NCBI GenBank assembly: GCA_963765575.1
Contig: CAVXWZ010000002.1
Coordinates: forward strand, 1-64,000
From: an uncultured cyanobacterium
GTDB lineage: Bacteria > Cyanobacteriota > Cyanobacteriia > PCC-6307 > Cyanobiaceae
Direction of reading: 5' to 3'
Length of the DNA: 64,000 nucleotides
Part shown: positions 19,447 through 30,238 of the stretch, one piece after another
Layout of the letters: each line of letters opens with the position of its first letter
Position numbering within the stretch: the stretch's first letter is position 1
The notes under the pieces: model-generated
Database searches by the model: none
What the model saw: only the letters and a program-made list of their open reading frames with translations
Told to the model about the DNA's origin: nothing
Position numbers and translations under genes: made by a program

Positions 19447-20826
19447 GTGGCCGCTGCCCGTCCCGCCGTTGAGAATCTGGTGATCGTGGGCTCCGGGCCC
19501 GCCGGCTACACCGCCGCCATCTACGCCGCCCGCGCCAACCTCAACCCGCTGCTGATCACGGGTTTCCAGGACGGCGGCATCCCCGGTGGCCAGTTGATGA
19601 CCACCACCCACGTGGAAAACTACCCCGGCTTCCCCGACGGCATCCTCGGCCCGGAGCTGATGGACTGCATGAAGGCCCAGGCCGAGCGCTGGGGCACCAC
19701 CCTGGTGCTCGCCGATGCCACCGCCATCGACCTCTCGCAGCGGCCCTTTCAGATCACCGCCGACGGCACCACCGTTGCCGCCCACAGCGTCATCCTGGCC
19801 ACGGGCGCCAGCGCCAACCGCCTCGGCCTGCCCCAGGAGGAGCGCTTCTGGAGCAGCGGCATCAGTGCCTGTGCGATCTGCGACGGCGCCACCCCCCAGT
19901 TCCGCAACCAGGCCGTGGCCGTGGTGGGCGGCGGCGACTCCGCCTGCGAAGAGGCCGTGTACCTCACCAAGTACGGCGACCGCGTGCACCTGATCGTGCG
20001 CTCGGGCCAACTGCGGGCCAGCAAGGCCATGGCCGATCGGGTGCTCGCCAACCCCGCCATCCGCGTGCACTGGCAGCGCCAGGTGGTGGATTGCAGCGGC
20101 AGCGACTGGCTGGAGGCGATCACCCTGCGTGACGTTGTCAGCGGCGCCAGCGAGGAGTTGCCCGTCAAGGGCCTCTTCTATGCCATCGGCCACACCCCCA
20201 ACACCCGCCTGGTGCGCGACCAGCTGGAGGTGGACAGCCACGGCTACCTGGTGACCCGCCCGGGCCGGCCGGAGACCGGCATCGAGGGCGTGTTCGCCGC
20301 CGGTGATGTGGCCGACGCCGAATGGCGCCAGGGCGTCACCGCCGCCGGCAGCGGCTGCCAGGCGGCCCTGGCCGCCGAGCGCTGGCTCACCCACCACAAC
20401 CTGGCGGTGGAGGTGAAGCGCACGGCGGTGGAACCCCAGGAGGTGGGCGAGCCCCAGCGCACCGCCGAGAGCGACGAGGCCAACTTCAACCCCGAGGCCC
20501 TCTGGCAGAAGGGCGGCTACGCGTTGCGCAAGCTCTACCACGACAGCCCCAGGCCCCTGCTGGTGGTCTACACCTCACCCACCTGCGGCCCCTGCCACGT
20601 GCTCAAGCCCCAGCTGAAGCGGGTGCTCGATGAGCTGGGCGGTGCCGCCCAGGGCGTGGAGATCGACATCGAGGCCGATCAGGAGATTGCCAAGCAGGCC
20701 GGCGTCACCGGCACCCCCACCGTGCAGCTGTTCTTTGAGAAGGAGCTCAAGACGCAGTTCAAGGGGGTGAAGCAGCGCAGCGAATTCAAGGCCGCCATCG
20801 AGGGCCTGCTGGGCGTGCCGGCCTGA
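19447..20826 (+). CDS. trxB: NADPH thioredoxin reductase with a fused C-terminal thioredoxin domain (NTRC type)
   Basis: GSGPAGYTAA, ENYPGF, CAICDG redox pair, GGGDSA; C-terminal CGPC thioredoxin domain. Confidence 0.95.
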   Translation: MAAARPAVENLVIVGSGPAGYTAAIYAARANLNPLLITGFQDGGIPGGQLMTTTHVENYPGFPDGILGPELMDCMKAQAERWGTTLVLADATAIDLSQRPFQITADGTTVAAHSVILATGASANRLGLPQEERFWSSGISACAICDGATPQFRNQAVAVVGGGDSACEEAVYLTKYGDRVHLIVRSGQLRASKAMADRVLANPAIRVHWQRQVVDCSGSDWLEAITLRDVVSGASEELPVKGLFYAIGHTPNTRLVRDQLEVDSHGYLVTRPGRPETGIEGVFAAGDVADAEWRQGVTAAGSGCQAALAAERWLTHHNLAVEVKRTAVEPQEVGEPQRTAESDEANFNPEALWQKGGYALRKLYHDSPRPLLVVYTSPTCGPCHVLKPQLKRVLDELGGAAQGVEIDIEADQEIAKQAGVTGTPTVQLFFEKELKTQFKGVKQRSEFKAAIEGLLGVPA

Positions 20827-20829
20827 TGC

Positions 20830-21096
20830 TCAGCGGCGTCGCGGTCCACCCGGGCGGTTGCCGCCGGGGCGGGGGCCGGCGTTGGCGTTGCGCTCGCGGT
20901 AGGTGATGCGACCACGGGTGAGGTCGTAGGGGCTGATCTCCACCAGCACCTTGTCGCCGGCCAGGAGCTTGATGCGGAATTTGGTGAGCTTGCCGGCGGC
21001 ACGGCAGAGGCAGTGGTGACCGGCGGGCTGCTCCAGGGTCACCAGATAGAACCCGTTGCCTTGCTCCTTTTCGATCACGCCAGAGGTCTCAATCAT
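20830..21096 (-). CDS. infA: Translation initiation factor IF-1
   Basis: MIETSGVI...AGKLTKFRIKLLAGDKVLVEISPYDLTRGRITYR. Confidence 0.96.
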   Translation of the reverse strand: MIETSGVIEKEQGNGFYLVTLEQPAGHHCLCRAAGKLTKFRIKLLAGDKVLVEISPYDLTRGRITYRERNANAGPRPGGNRPGGPRRR

Positions 21097-21214
21097 GCGG
21101 CGGTGCGCCCAATCCAGGTAACAGCTGGAGCCAGCTTAGGTGGCCCGCTCACCCCCTCCCGCACGGGCGGTAGGGTCAGCCCTTCTGACTCCGGGCCTTG
21201 CGGCCCCGCCCGCC

Positions 21215-21301
21215 ATGGTGCTGCCACCCGCCTCGATGGATCTGGGCCTGCTGATGATCTCGATCGGCGTGGTGAACCTCTGGAATGCGCGCCGCTCCTG
21301 A
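21215..21301 (+). CDS. 28-aa single-TM peptide
   Basis: Hand translation MVLPPASMDLGLLMISIGVVNLWNARRS*; strong GC3 bias; overlaps the next gene start. Confidence 0.5.
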   Translation: MVLPPASMDLGLLMISIGVVNLWNARRS

Positions 21302-21965
21302 AGCGCCCACCCTGCTGTTCCACAAGCCCTACGGGGTGCTGAGCCAGTTCACTCCTGAAGCCGGCAGCGCCTGGCGTTGCCTGGCCGAATTCATCCCTGT
21401 GCCGGGCGTCTACGCCGCCGGCCGTCTCGACGCCGACAGCGAAGGCCTGCTGCTGCTCACCGGCGACGGGCAACTGCAGCGCCAACTCACCGACCCGGCC
21501 TGCGGCCACTGGCGCCGCTACTGGGTGCAGGTGGAGGGGACGATCGCCGCCGATCCCCAGGCCCTCGAGCAGCTCAGGGCTGGAGTGGAGGTGCAGGGCC
21601 GCCGCACCCTGCCGGCCCGGGCCCAGGCCCTGCCCATCGAAGCCATCGCGGCGGCGGCGATCGCCGCGCGTGAGCCACCGATCCGCCAGCGCCGCGCCAT
21701 CCCCACCAGCTGGCTGCAGCTGGAGCTGCGCGAGGGCCGCAACCGCCAGGTGCGGCGCATGACCGCCGCCGTGGGTTATCCCACCCTGCGGCTGCTGCGC
21801 ATGGCGATCGATCTGATGGACGGCGAAGCCCCCCTCAGCCTGGAGGGCCTGGCTCCGGGCCAGTGGCGGGGTCTGCACCCGGCGGAGCGGCAGCGGCTGG
21901 AGCGGCTGGGCCGCGGCGGTCGGGCCGGTGGGGGGAAGTCGGGCCGTGGCGGCGCCGGCGGGTAG
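21285..21965 (+). CDS. rRNA pseudouridine synthase, RsuA/RluE family
   Basis: FHKPYGVLSQF, GRLDADSEGLLLLT, EGRNRQVRRMTAAVG. Confidence 0.93.
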   Translation: MRAAPEAPTLLFHKPYGVLSQFTPEAGSAWRCLAEFIPVPGVYAAGRLDADSEGLLLLTGDGQLQRQLTDPACGHWRRYWVQVEGTIAADPQALEQLRAGVEVQGRRTLPARAQALPIEAIAAAAIAAREPPIRQRRAIPTSWLQLELREGRNRQVRRMTAAVGYPTLRLLRMAIDLMDGEAPLSLEGLAPGQWRGLHPAERQRLERLGRGGRAGGGKSGRGGAGG

Positions 21966-21980
21966 GGCGGCTTGCCTTCC

Positions 21981-22196
21981 TCAACCCACCACATCCCGGA
22001 GTTCGCGCACCGTCTGCAGCTGGCCGTAGTAGTAGTTGGCGCGGGCGCGGCGGTCGCCATCCTCGAGGCTGTCGAAGGCATCGAAGCCGAGGCTCTGCCA
22101 GAGCTCATGGCCGCAGGCCTGGTTGAGGGCCTCCACGGCTTCGCTCTCCAGGTTGGCCAGGCGGCGCTGCAGGTTCTTGATCTGGGCAACCGACAT
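21981..22196 (-). CDS. Conserved-looking hypothetical protein (71 aa)
   Basis: MSVAQIKNLQRRL...RARANYYYGQLQTVREL; host-like codon usage. Confidence 0.7.
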   Translation of the reverse strand: MSVAQIKNLQRRLANLESEAVEALNQACGHELWQSLGFDAFDSLEDGDRRARANYYYGQLQTVRELRDVVG

Positions 22197-22272
22197 CGGC
22201 GGCAGGCGGCAGTGCAGCAATAGTACAGGCGAACCATCGCCAGGGTGCGGTTCGGGGCTCAGCCCGGCAGAC

Positions 22273-23235
22273 TCAGAAGGGCAGCTTCTTGCGGGCGTCC
22301 TTGTCCAGATCGGCCTCCATGTCGCGCAATCGCTTGAGGATCGTGTCGTAGTACTCCTTCAGGTAAGCCTCCAGGGTGGTGGTGGCTGCCGGCTCCAGGC
22401 CGAAGGTGGCGTAGCTCTCTTCCATCGGCGCATCCAGCAGCGCCCCGCCGCCGATCACCCTCTCGAAGGCCAGGCGCTCGGACACGTTGAGGCTGGCCTC
22501 GAAGAAGCTCGTGAGCGAGCGCATCAGCCGCAGCAGGAACGGCGGCACCCGGAACACCCGGGCATCCTTGCCCGTGTAGCGCTCGCAGAGCTGGGTGATC
22601 TCGCCGGTGATCCAGGCCCGCGGCCCCACCACCGGGAAGGAGCGGCGCACGGTTTCCGGGTGCTCCAGGGCGGCCACGGCGAAGCGGGCCATGTCCTGGG
22701 TGTTCATGTAGGCGATCGGTGTGGGCGTGCCGCTCACCCACACCGTCTGGCCCTCGAGCACGGGGATGGCGAACTGGCTGATCAACCCCTGCATGAAGGC
22801 CGCCCCCTGCAGGATCGTGTAGTCGAGGTCAGAGGCTTCCAGCCACTGTTCGGTGCAGGCCTTGACGTCCATCAGCGGCACATCCCGGTGCTGGGCCGCA
22901 TTCAGCAGCGAGATGAACACCAGCCGTTTGACCCCCGCCCGCCCGCAGGCGGCAAACAGGTTTTGCTTGCCAGACCAGTCGATCTCGTAGGCACTGCCGG
23001 GATCGGTGGCGCGGGCCGTGGCGGCATCGATCACCGCCCCCATGCCCTCGAGGGCGTAGTCGAGGCTGTCGGGCTCGAGCAGGTCGCCGCGGGTGAGCTC
23101 GCAGCCCCATTCCTGCAGGAAGGAGGCGCGGCGCGGCGAGCGCACCATGCAGCGCACCTGGTGGCCGGCATCGAGGGCCTGGCGAGCGATCTGGCGACCC
23201 AGGGTGCCCGTTCCGCCGACAACCAGAAGCTGCAT
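22273..23235 (-). CDS. ycf39: Ycf39-like atypical SDR/NmrA-family protein
   Basis: VVGGTGTLGRQI, FLQEWGCEL, FMQGLISQFAIPVLE, YMNTQD; adjacent to petM. Confidence 0.8.
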   Translation of the reverse strand: MQLLVVGGTGTLGRQIARQALDAGHQVRCMVRSPRRASFLQEWGCELTRGDLLEPDSLDYALEGMGAVIDAATARATDPGSAYEIDWSGKQNLFAACGRAGVKRLVFISLLNAAQHRDVPLMDVKACTEQWLEASDLDYTILQGAAFMQGLISQFAIPVLEGQTVWVSGTPTPIAYMNTQDMARFAVAALEHPETVRRSFPVVGPRAWITGEITQLCERYTGKDARVFRVPPFLLRLMRSLTSFFEASLNVSERLAFERVIGGGALLDAPMEESYATFGLEPAATTTLEAYLKEYYDTILKRLRDMEADLDKDARKKLPF

Positions 23236-23294
23236 GGACGGCCCACAGACGATTGGGGCTGAGCCTAGGGGTGCACCCTGCCCGAGCGAGCCGA

Positions 23295-23396
23295 TCAGTC
23301 CTGATCAGCGATGCGCAGCAGCAGCACCCCGCCCAGCAGGCCCACGGGGATCAGCACCCAGAAGAGCGCAGCAATGCCGAAGATTTCGGAGGCCAT
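23295..23396 (-). CDS. petM: Cytochrome b6f subunit PetM
   Basis: Hand translation [33 protein letters not shown]. Confidence 0.9.
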   Translation of the reverse strand: MASEIFGIAALFWVLIPVGLLGGVLLLRIADQD

Positions 23397-23418
23397 GGGA
23401 AGGCGGCGTTCAGCCTCC

Positions 23419-24588
23419 TTATCTAGCAGCGCCACTGGCCTGATCCTCGGCCAGCTCGCTGGCCAGCGCCAGGATCAGCGGCCAGGGGGCGTCGCTGCGC
23501 AGCTGGCCCGCCATCACCCCGCTCACGGCCGCAGCGTGGCCCCGCTGGCGCAGGGCCTGCACCAGGGCCACCAGCTTCGGCGTCCGCCCGTGGCCGCTGC
23601 GGCGGGCGATCTCCGCCAGGGGCCAGCAGCGGGCGGGCAGGCCGGCATCGCCCCCGAGCCGGGCCAGCAGCGGGCGGGTGGCCGGACCCACGCTGGCCGG
23701 CAGCAGCGCCGCCTGGCGGTCCATCGCCGCCAGGGTGGGCAGGTGCTGCAGGGGGCCGATCCAGAGCGGACCGCTGATCGCCAGGGGCGGCACGGCTCCA
23801 GCCGGGCAGCGGCAGGGCTGCCAGCGGCGCAGGCGCAGCAGGGGCTGCAGCTGCTGGTCGCCGCAGCCGTGGCAGAGGGCCACCAGCCCCAGCAGCCCCT
23901 CCTCGCCGGGCCCGGGATGGCGGCGCAGGCGCACGGCGGTGCGGAAGGTGCGGCCCTCGCTGAAGGACAGCAGCGGCTCCACCCCCCGCCCCAGGGCCCA
24001 GGCGCAGCGCGCCACGCTGCCGAGCTGCAGGCGCAGGGCCAGCTCCCAGCTGGCGGGGTGGGCCCTGGCGGCCGCCCCGAAGCGGCGCACGGCGGCGGGG
24101 CGGTCGTGGCCGGTGGGCGAGCGGCCGTCGGTGCTGGCCAGCACGAGCACCCCATCGAGGGCCACCGCCTCCAGGGCCAGCGGCACCAGGGCGGTGGGGC
24201 AGCCGAAGGCATCCAGGTCCACCAGTTCGAAGCGCTGCCGGCGCTCCAGGCAGCCCGCCAGCAGCTGCTGGGCGGTGAGCGCCGAGAGGCGCAGCTCGCA
24301 GCCGGCGTCCGGCAGCGGCGCCAGGTTGGTCCTCAGCAGCGGCAGGCGATCGGGATCGGCGTCATTGGCCCACACGGCAGCGGCCCCCGCCTCCAGTCCC
24401 AGGCGCAGGCCGCGGATGCCGCAGCCAGCCATGGCATCCAGCACCCGCAACGGCTGCTGGGCCGCCAGATGGCTCCCCAGCAGCACCCCCAGATCCCGGC
24501 TGGGTCGCGACTGGGGCCTGAAGAAGCCGCCGCCGAGCCGCACCCGGGCCGCCGCTTCGCAATAGTGATCAGCAGCGCTGGAATCCAG
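23419..24588 (-). CDS. Trm1-like N2,N2-dimethylguanosine tRNA methyltransferase
   Basis: [48 protein letters not shown]. The frame is open to CTG 24588; the first GTG is at 24543. Confidence 0.85.
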   Translation of the reverse strand: MDSSAADHYCEAAARVRLGGGFFRPQSRPSRDLGVLLGSHLAAQQPLRVLDAMAGCGIRGLRLGLEAGAAAVWANDADPDRLPLLRTNLAPLPDAGCELRLSALTAQQLLAGCLERRQRFELVDLDAFGCPTALVPLALEAVALDGVLVLASTDGRSPTGHDRPAAVRRFGAAARAHPASWELALRLQLGSVARCAWALGRGVEPLLSFSEGRTFRTAVRLRRHPGPGEEGLLGLVALCHGCGDQQLQPLLRLRRWQPCRCPAGAVPPLAISGPLWIGPLQHLPTLAAMDRQAALLPASVGPATRPLLARLGGDAGLPARCWPLAEIARRSGHGRTPKLVALVQALRQRGHAAAVSGVMAGQLRSDAPWPLILALASELAEDQASGAAR

Positions 24589-24600
24589 GGGTCAGCCGCC

Positions 24601-25569
24601 TTGAGAGCCAATCCCCAGCCTGCCAAGCGGGCCCTCGCCTGGGGCGGCGATACCGGCTGGGGCCGCCACAGCCGCTGGATCTGGCGCGGCCAGAGCTGCC
24701 ACTGGCGGGTGCTGGGCGAGCCCGGCCACCCACCGCTGCTGCTGGTGCACGGCTTCGGGGCCGCCAGCGGCCACTGGCGCCGCAACGCCGCCGCCCTGGC
24801 GGCCGCCGGCTGGCAGGTCTACGGCCTCGACCTGATCGGCTTCGGGGCCTCCAGCCAGCCGGCCCTGCGCCTCGACAACCGCCTCTGGGCGCGCCAGCTG
24901 CAGGCCTTCATGGCCGAGGTGGTGGGCGCGCCGGCGGTGCTGGTGGGCCATTCCCTGGGCGGCCTGGTGGCCCTCAGCTGCGCCGTGTTCTTCCCCGCCT
25001 GGGTGCGGGCAGTGGCGGCGGTGCCGCTGCCCGACCCCACGCTGCTCACCGCCCCCCAGCCCCGGCCGCCGCGGCGGCCCCCCTGGCGGCGGCGGCTGAA
25101 GCGCTGGCTGGTGATCGGCCTCTGCCGGTTGCTGCCGCTGGAGCTGCTGGTGCCACTGCTGGCCAACAGCCCCCTGCTGGATCTGGGCATCCAGTCGGCC
25201 TACGCCAGCGCGGTGATCGGCGACCGGGACCTGCGCCAGCTGATCGCCCGTCCGGCCCGGCGGCCGGGGGCGGTGCGGGCCCTGCGGGCGATGAGCATCG
25301 CCATGGCCCTGCGGCCCCACGGCGCCACGGCGCCCGCCCTGCTGCGGCGGTTGCAACAGCCGATGCTGCTGCTCTGGGGCCAGCGCGACCAGCTGGTGCC
25401 GCTGCGCATCGCCGTGCAGGTGCTCACCCTGCGACCCGGACTGCCGCTGGAGGTGTTGGAGCACTGCGGCCACTGCCCCCACGACGAGGACCCGGAGCGC
25501 TTCAACCGGGCCCTGCTGGGCTGGCTGGCCCAGCTGCCGCCACCCCTGGCCCCGCAGCCGGAGCAGTAA
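24601..25569 (+). CDS. Alpha/beta hydrolase
   Basis: [37 protein letters not shown]. Start approximate. Confidence 0.9.
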   Translation: MRANPQPAKRALAWGGDTGWGRHSRWIWRGQSCHWRVLGEPGHPPLLLVHGFGAASGHWRRNAAALAAAGWQVYGLDLIGFGASSQPALRLDNRLWARQLQAFMAEVVGAPAVLVGHSLGGLVALSCAVFFPAWVRAVAAVPLPDPTLLTAPQPRPPRRPPWRRRLKRWLVIGLCRLLPLELLVPLLANSPLLDLGIQSAYASAVIGDRDLRQLIARPARRPGAVRALRAMSIAMALRPHGATAPALLRRLQQPMLLLWGQRDQLVPLRIAVQVLTLRPGLPLEVLEHCGHCPHDEDPERFNRALLGWLAQLPPPLAPQPEQ

Positions 25570-25592
25570 CTTGTCAGCTCCAGGTGCAGGCC

Positions 25593-26123
25593 ATGAAGCA
25601 CACCCTCTCGGTGCTGGTGGAGGATGAGTCCGGGGCGTTGAGCCGGATCTCCGGGCTGTTCGCGCGCCGCGGCTTCAACATCGAGAGCCTGGCGGTGGGT
25701 CCGGCCGAGAAGAACGGCATGTCGCGCCTCACCATGGTGGTGGAGGGCGACAACAACACCCTCCAGCAAATGACCAAGCAGCTCGACAAGCTGATCAACG
25801 TGCTGGGGGTGGTCGACCTGTCCACCATTCCGGCGGTGGAGCGCGAGCTGATGCTGCTCAAGGTGGCGGCGCCGGTGCGCCAGCGCGGCGAGATCCTCGA
25901 GCTGGTGCAGGTGTTCCGCGCCCGGGTGGTGGATGTGGCCGACGAGGCGCTCACCCTCGAGGTGGTGGGGGATCCCGGCAAGCTGGTGGCCCTGGAGCAG
26001 CTGCTGGAGCCCTACGGCATCCTTGAGATCGCCCGCACCGGCAGGGTGGCCCTGGAGCGGGCCTCGGGCGTCAACACCGAGCTGCTCAAGGTCACCGCCT
26101 CCGAGAAGCGGGTGCCGGCCTAG
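25593..26123 (+). CDS. ilvN: Acetolactate synthase small regulatory subunit
   Basis: [48 protein letters not shown]. Confidence 0.96.
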   Translation: MKHTLSVLVEDESGALSRISGLFARRGFNIESLAVGPAEKNGMSRLTMVVEGDNNTLQQMTKQLDKLINVLGVVDLSTIPAVERELMLLKVAAPVRQRGEILELVQVFRARVVDVADEALTLEVVGDPGKLVALEQLLEPYGILEIARTGRVALERASGVNTELLKVTASEKRVPA

Positions 26124-26863
26124 GGGCCTGAAGCCGGCTGGCCCGCTGCTGGCTTGGCTCTGGCTGCTGCTGGCTTGGCCTCAGTGGTCTTCAGCACCGT
26201 GGCCTTGACGATGCGATCGCCCTGCTGGATGCGCTCGACCACGTCCATGCCCTGGCTCACCCGCCCGAACACGGCATAGCGGCCGTCGAGCTCCGGCAGG
26301 GCCTGCAGCGCCACATAGAACTGGGCACTGGCGGAGTTGGGATCACTGGAGCGGGCCATGGCCACGGCGCCTAGCTGGTGGGCCAGCGCCAGCTCGCGGG
26401 TCACGGCGGGGTTGGTGAGCTCCTCGCCGTAGCGGGGGGCCTCTTCGCCTCCCAGCTTCAGCTCCAGGGGCAGCATCCGCGCCTGGCCGGTGTCGGGATC
26501 GACGAAGTTGCCGCTGCCGTACTGGCTGGCTGGTGTCACCGGGTTGGCCGACAGCGGATCGCCACCCTGCACCACGAAGGGGCTGGGCTGGCGCACCACG
26601 CGGTGAAAGGCGGTGCCGTCGTAGACGCCCCGCCGCACCAGGTCGAGGAAATTGCCGGCGGTGAGCGGAGCGGCATCTCCATCGAGATCGATGCGCACCT
26701 CCCCCTTGCTGGTGGTCAGCGCCACGGTGGCGGTGCCGTCCAGACAGGGGGCGGCGGCGGTGGCGCAGCCCAGGGTGGGACCGCTCTGGCCACCATCGGC
26801 GCAGCCCCCCAGCAGCAGGGACGCCGCCAGGCCGAATCCGGCCAGAAGCCTGCGCAGGCTCAT
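26120..26863 (-). CDS. Cyclophilin-type peptidyl-prolyl isomerase, probable lipoprotein
   Basis: LGGC lipobox; [38 protein letters not shown]. Confidence 0.92.
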   Translation of the reverse strand: MSLRRLLAGFGLAASLLLGGCADGGQSGPTLGCATAAAPCLDGTATVALTTSKGEVRIDLDGDAAPLTAGNFLDLVRRGVYDGTAFHRVVRQPSPFVVQGGDPLSANPVTPASQYGSGNFVDPDTGQARMLPLELKLGGEEAPRYGEELTNPAVTRELALAHQLGAVAMARSSDPNSASAQFYVALQALPELDGRYAVFGRVSQGMDVVERIQQGDRIVKATVLKTTEAKPAAARAKPAAGQPASGP

Positions 26864-27468
26864 ACGCCCTCCAGGGGCACGCCCAGGAAGCGGGCCAGCT
26901 GGGCACCGGCGAGCTCCAGGTCGGCCAGGGGCATGGGCTCCCCCACCCGGGTGAGGGGCATGTCGCGGCGGCCCTGCACGCGCAGGGCCAGGCGGCGGCG
27001 GGGGTTGAGGCCATCGCGCACTTCCACCTTCACCGCCTGGATGTCGCGCAGGGGGATCTCCACATCAATCAGGCTGCGAAAGCCGCGGCGGGTGATCGAG
27101 GCCCGGCCGGCGGCGCGATCAAAGCGGTTGCTGCCGCCGCCCACGTCGAGGCCGATCACCGACCACAGATAGATCGCCAGCAGCACGGCGGCCAGGCCAT
27201 AGAGGCCCATCACCAGTCCCTGGGGCAACCACACGAGCTCGGACGGATGGCCCACGGGCAGCAGGTCGCGGTGCAGATAGCTCGACAGGCTGGTGAGCAG
27301 GAAGCCGGCACCGCCCAGGCTCACCACCGCGGCCACCATCAGGTTGGAGGGGCGGCGGGATCCCAGCACCGACTGTTCGAGCACATCGCTGACGTCGTTG
27401 ACGTCCATGGTCACGTCGGTTGTCACGTCGGGGATGCCATCCGGCAGGACGGAGTGAAGTGGGGCCAT
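26860..27468 (-). CDS. ycf4: Photosystem I assembly protein Ycf4
   Basis: [51 protein letters not shown]. The start may be internal (27408). Confidence 0.94.
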   Translation of the reverse strand: MAPLHSVLPDGIPDVTTDVTMDVNDVSDVLEQSVLGSRRPSNLMVAAVVSLGGAGFLLTSLSSYLHRDLLPVGHPSELVWLPQGLVMGLYGLAAVLLAIYLWSVIGLDVGGGSNRFDRAAGRASITRRGFRSLIDVEIPLRDIQAVKVEVRDGLNPRRRLALRVQGRRDMPLTRVGEPMPLADLELAGAQLARFLGVPLEGV

Positions 27469-27571
27469 CTTGGCGCGGTGGCCGGCGGCCGCGGCGGTGG
27501 GGCAGCGCAGACACCAGCGCCAGCAAGGGGTTTCAGCCCATTGCAGATTGCCTCGCGATGCCCGGCAACGT

Positions 27572-27580
27572 TGTTACGAT
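27572..27580 (+). promoter_or_regulatory. Putative extended -10 element of the psbD promoter
   Basis: TGTTACGAT (TGn-TAnnnT) 22 nt upstream of the psbD ATG. Confidence 0.4.
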
Positions 27581-27602
27581 CGCCCGGTATCCCGCTCTCT
27601 CC

Positions 27603-28661
27603 ATGACGATCGCAGTAGGGCGCGCGCCAGCGGGCCGGGGATGGTTTGACGTCCTCGACGACTGGCTCAAGCGCGACCGTTTCGTTTTTGTCGGCTGGTC
27701 CGGCCTGCTCCTGTTCCCCACGGCCTACCTGGCTCTGGGCGGCTGGCTCACCGGCACCACCTTCGCCACCTCCTGGTACACCCACGGCATTGCCAGCTCC
27801 TACCTGGAGGGCTGCAACTTCCTCACGGCCGCCGTCAGCACCCCCGCTGACGCCATGGGCCACAGCCTTCTCCTGCTCTGGGGCCCCGAGGCCCAGGGTG
27901 ACTTCGTGCGCTGGGTGCAGCTCGGCGGCCTCTGGCCCTTCGTGGCCCTGCACGGTGCCTTCTCCCTGATCGGCTTCATGCTGCGTCAGTTCGAGATCGC
28001 CCGCCTGGTGGGCATCCGCCCCTACAACGCCATCGCCTTCTCCGGCCCGATCGCGGTGTTCGTCAGTGTCTTCCTGATCTACCCGCTGGGCCAGAGCAGC
28101 TGGTTCTTTGCCCCCAGCTTCGGGGTGGCGGCCATCTTCCGCTTCCTGCTCTTCCTGCAGGGCTTCCACAACTGGACCCTCAACCCCTTCCACATGATGG
28201 GTGTGGCGGGGATCCTCGGCGGTGCCCTGCTCTGCGCCATCCACGGCGCCACGGTGGAGAACACCCTCTTTGAAGACGGTGAACAGTCGAACACCTTCAA
28301 GGCGTTCGAGCCCACCCAGGAAGAGGAGACCTACTCGATGGTCACCGCCAACCGCTTCTGGAGCCAGATCTTCGGGATCGCCTTCTCCAACAAGCGCTGG
28401 CTGCACTTCTTCATGCTCTTCGTGCCGGTGATGGGTCTGTGGACCGCCAGCATCGGCATCATCGGCCTCGCCCTCAACCTGCGCGCCTACGACTTCGTGT
28501 CGCAGGAAATCCGCGCCGCTGAGGACCCCGAGTTCGAGACCTTCTACACGAAGAACATCCTTCTCAATGAAGGCATCCGGGCCTGGATGGCACCGGCTGA
28601 CCAGCCGCACGAAAACTTCGTCTTCCCTGAAGAGGTACTGCCCCGTGGAAACGCCCTTTAA
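27603..28661 (+). CDS. psbD: Photosystem II D2 protein
   Basis: MTIAVGR...[16 protein letters not shown]...[10 protein letters not shown]. Confidence 0.99.
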   Translation: MTIAVGRAPAGRGWFDVLDDWLKRDRFVFVGWSGLLLFPTAYLALGGWLTGTTFATSWYTHGIASSYLEGCNFLTAAVSTPADAMGHSLLLLWGPEAQGDFVRWVQLGGLWPFVALHGAFSLIGFMLRQFEIARLVGIRPYNAIAFSGPIAVFVSVFLIYPLGQSSWFFAPSFGVAAIFRFLLFLQGFHNWTLNPFHMMGVAGILGGALLCAIHGATVENTLFEDGEQSNTFKAFEPTQEEETYSMVTANRFWSQIFGIAFSNKRWLHFFMLFVPVMGLWTASIGIIGLALNLRAYDFVSQEIRAAEDPEFETFYTKNILLNEGIRAWMAPADQPHENFVFPEEVLPRGNAL

Positions 28662-30033
28662 TTCCGGCCTGGTGAATGTCGGGGGCAAGGACCTCGACTC
28701 CACCGGCTACGCCTGGTGGGCCGGCAACGCCCGCCTCATCAATCTCTCCGGCCGCCTGCTCGGCGCCCACGTCGCCCACGCTGGCCTGATGGTCTTCTGG
28801 GCCGGCGCCATGATGCTGTTCGAGCTGAGCCACTTCACGCTCGACAAGCCCATGTACGAGCAGGGGCTGATCTGCATGCCCCACGTGGCCACCCTCGGCT
28901 ACGGCGTCGGACCCGGTGGTGAGGTGACGAACCTCTACCCGTTCTTCGTGGTGGGTGTGCTGCACCTGATCAGCTCCGCCGTGCTCGGCGTTGGCGGTCT
29001 CTATCACGCCCTGCGCGGTCCTGAGATCCTGGAGAACTACTCCTCCTTCTTCTCCCAGGACTGGCGCGACAAGAACCAGATGACCAACATCATCGGCTAC
29101 CACCTCATCCTTCTGGGTGTGGGTGCGCTGCTGCTGGTGTTCAAGGCCATGTTCTTCGGCGGCGTCTACGACACCTGGGCTCCGGGTGGCGGCGACGTGC
29201 GCCTGATCACCAACCCCACCCTCAATCCCGGGGTGATCTGGGGTTACCTGTTCCGTGCTCCCTTCGGCGGCGAGGGCTGGATCATCGGTGTGGACTCGAT
29301 GGAGGACATCATCGGCGGCCACATCTGGATCGGCCTGATCTGCATCTTCGGTGGCATCTGGCACGTGATCACCAAGCCCTTCGGCTGGGTGCGTCGCGCC
29401 TTCATCTGGAACGGTGAGGCCTACCTGAGCTACAGCCTCGGCGCGCTCAGCTTCATGAGCTTCATCTGCTCGGCCTACATCTGGTTCAACAACACCGCCT
29501 ACCCGTCGGAGTTCTACGGCCCCACCAACGCCGAGTCCTCCCAGGCCCAGAGCTTCACCTTCCTGGTGCGCGACCAGCGCCTGGGCGCCAACATCGGTTC
29601 GGCCATGGGCCCCACCGGTCTGGGCAAATACCTGATGCGCTCCCCCACCGGCGAGATCATCTTCGGTGGTGAAACCATGCGCTTCTGGGACTTCCGTGGC
29701 CCCTGGCTGGAGCCGCTGCGCGGCCCCAACGGCCTCAGCCTCGACAAGCTCCAGAACGACATTCAGCCCTGGCAGGTGCGCCGGGCCGCTGAATACATGA
29801 CCCACGCCCCCAACGCCTCCCTCAACTCCGTGGGCGGCATCATCACCGAGCCCAACTCGGTGAACTTCGTGAACATCCGCCAGTGGCTGGCCTCCACGCA
29901 ATTCGTGCTGGCCTTCTTCTTCCTGGTGGGTCACCTCTGGCATGCCGGCCGCGCCCGCGCCGCCGCTGCCGGTTTCGAGAAGGGCATCGACCGTCAGGCC
30001 GAGCCCACCCTGGCCATGCCCGACCTCGACTGA
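28645..30033 (+). CDS. psbC: Photosystem II CP43 protein
   Basis: GTG start overlapping psbD by 17 nt; [45 protein letters not shown]. Confidence 0.99.
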   Translation: METPFNSGLVNVGGKDLDSTGYAWWAGNARLINLSGRLLGAHVAHAGLMVFWAGAMMLFELSHFTLDKPMYEQGLICMPHVATLGYGVGPGGEVTNLYPFFVVGVLHLISSAVLGVGGLYHALRGPEILENYSSFFSQDWRDKNQMTNIIGYHLILLGVGALLLVFKAMFFGGVYDTWAPGGGDVRLITNPTLNPGVIWGYLFRAPFGGEGWIIGVDSMEDIIGGHIWIGLICIFGGIWHVITKPFGWVRRAFIWNGEAYLSYSLGALSFMSFICSAYIWFNNTAYPSEFYGPTNAESSQAQSFTFLVRDQRLGANIGSAMGPTGLGKYLMRSPTGEIIFGGETMRFWDFRGPWLEPLRGPNGLSLDKLQNDIQPWQVRRAAEYMTHAPNASLNSVGGIITEPNSVNFVNIRQWLASTQFVLAFFFLVGHLWHAGRARAAAAGFEKGIDRQAEPTLAMPDLD

Positions 30034-30082
30034 GGCCGGCCTCCATCCCCAGGCTGCTCTGCATCTCCAGGCTGCTGAGCTG

Positions 30083-30110
30083 AGCCCCCGCCCACCGCGG
30101 GGGCTTTTTT
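30083..30110 (+). terminator. Intrinsic terminator of psbDC
   Basis: AGCCCCCGC-CCACC-GCGGGGGCT followed by a T-run. Confidence 0.85.
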
Positions 30111-30238
30111 CATGGCTGGCCATGGCTGGTCTTGGCATGGCCATGGCCCGGTCAGATTCAGTCAGACCTGCCCCGCCGCCAGTCAGAGATCAGTCATGGG
30201 AGATCCATACGGTGCAGGCAGTCCTCAGCCATCCAGCC

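Noticed and set aside
19447..20826. TrxB-thioredoxin fusion as a novelty
   Set aside because: The known NTRC architecture of cyanobacteria and plastids.
28645..28661. psbD/psbC overlap with GTG start
   Set aside because: The canonical, well-described arrangement.
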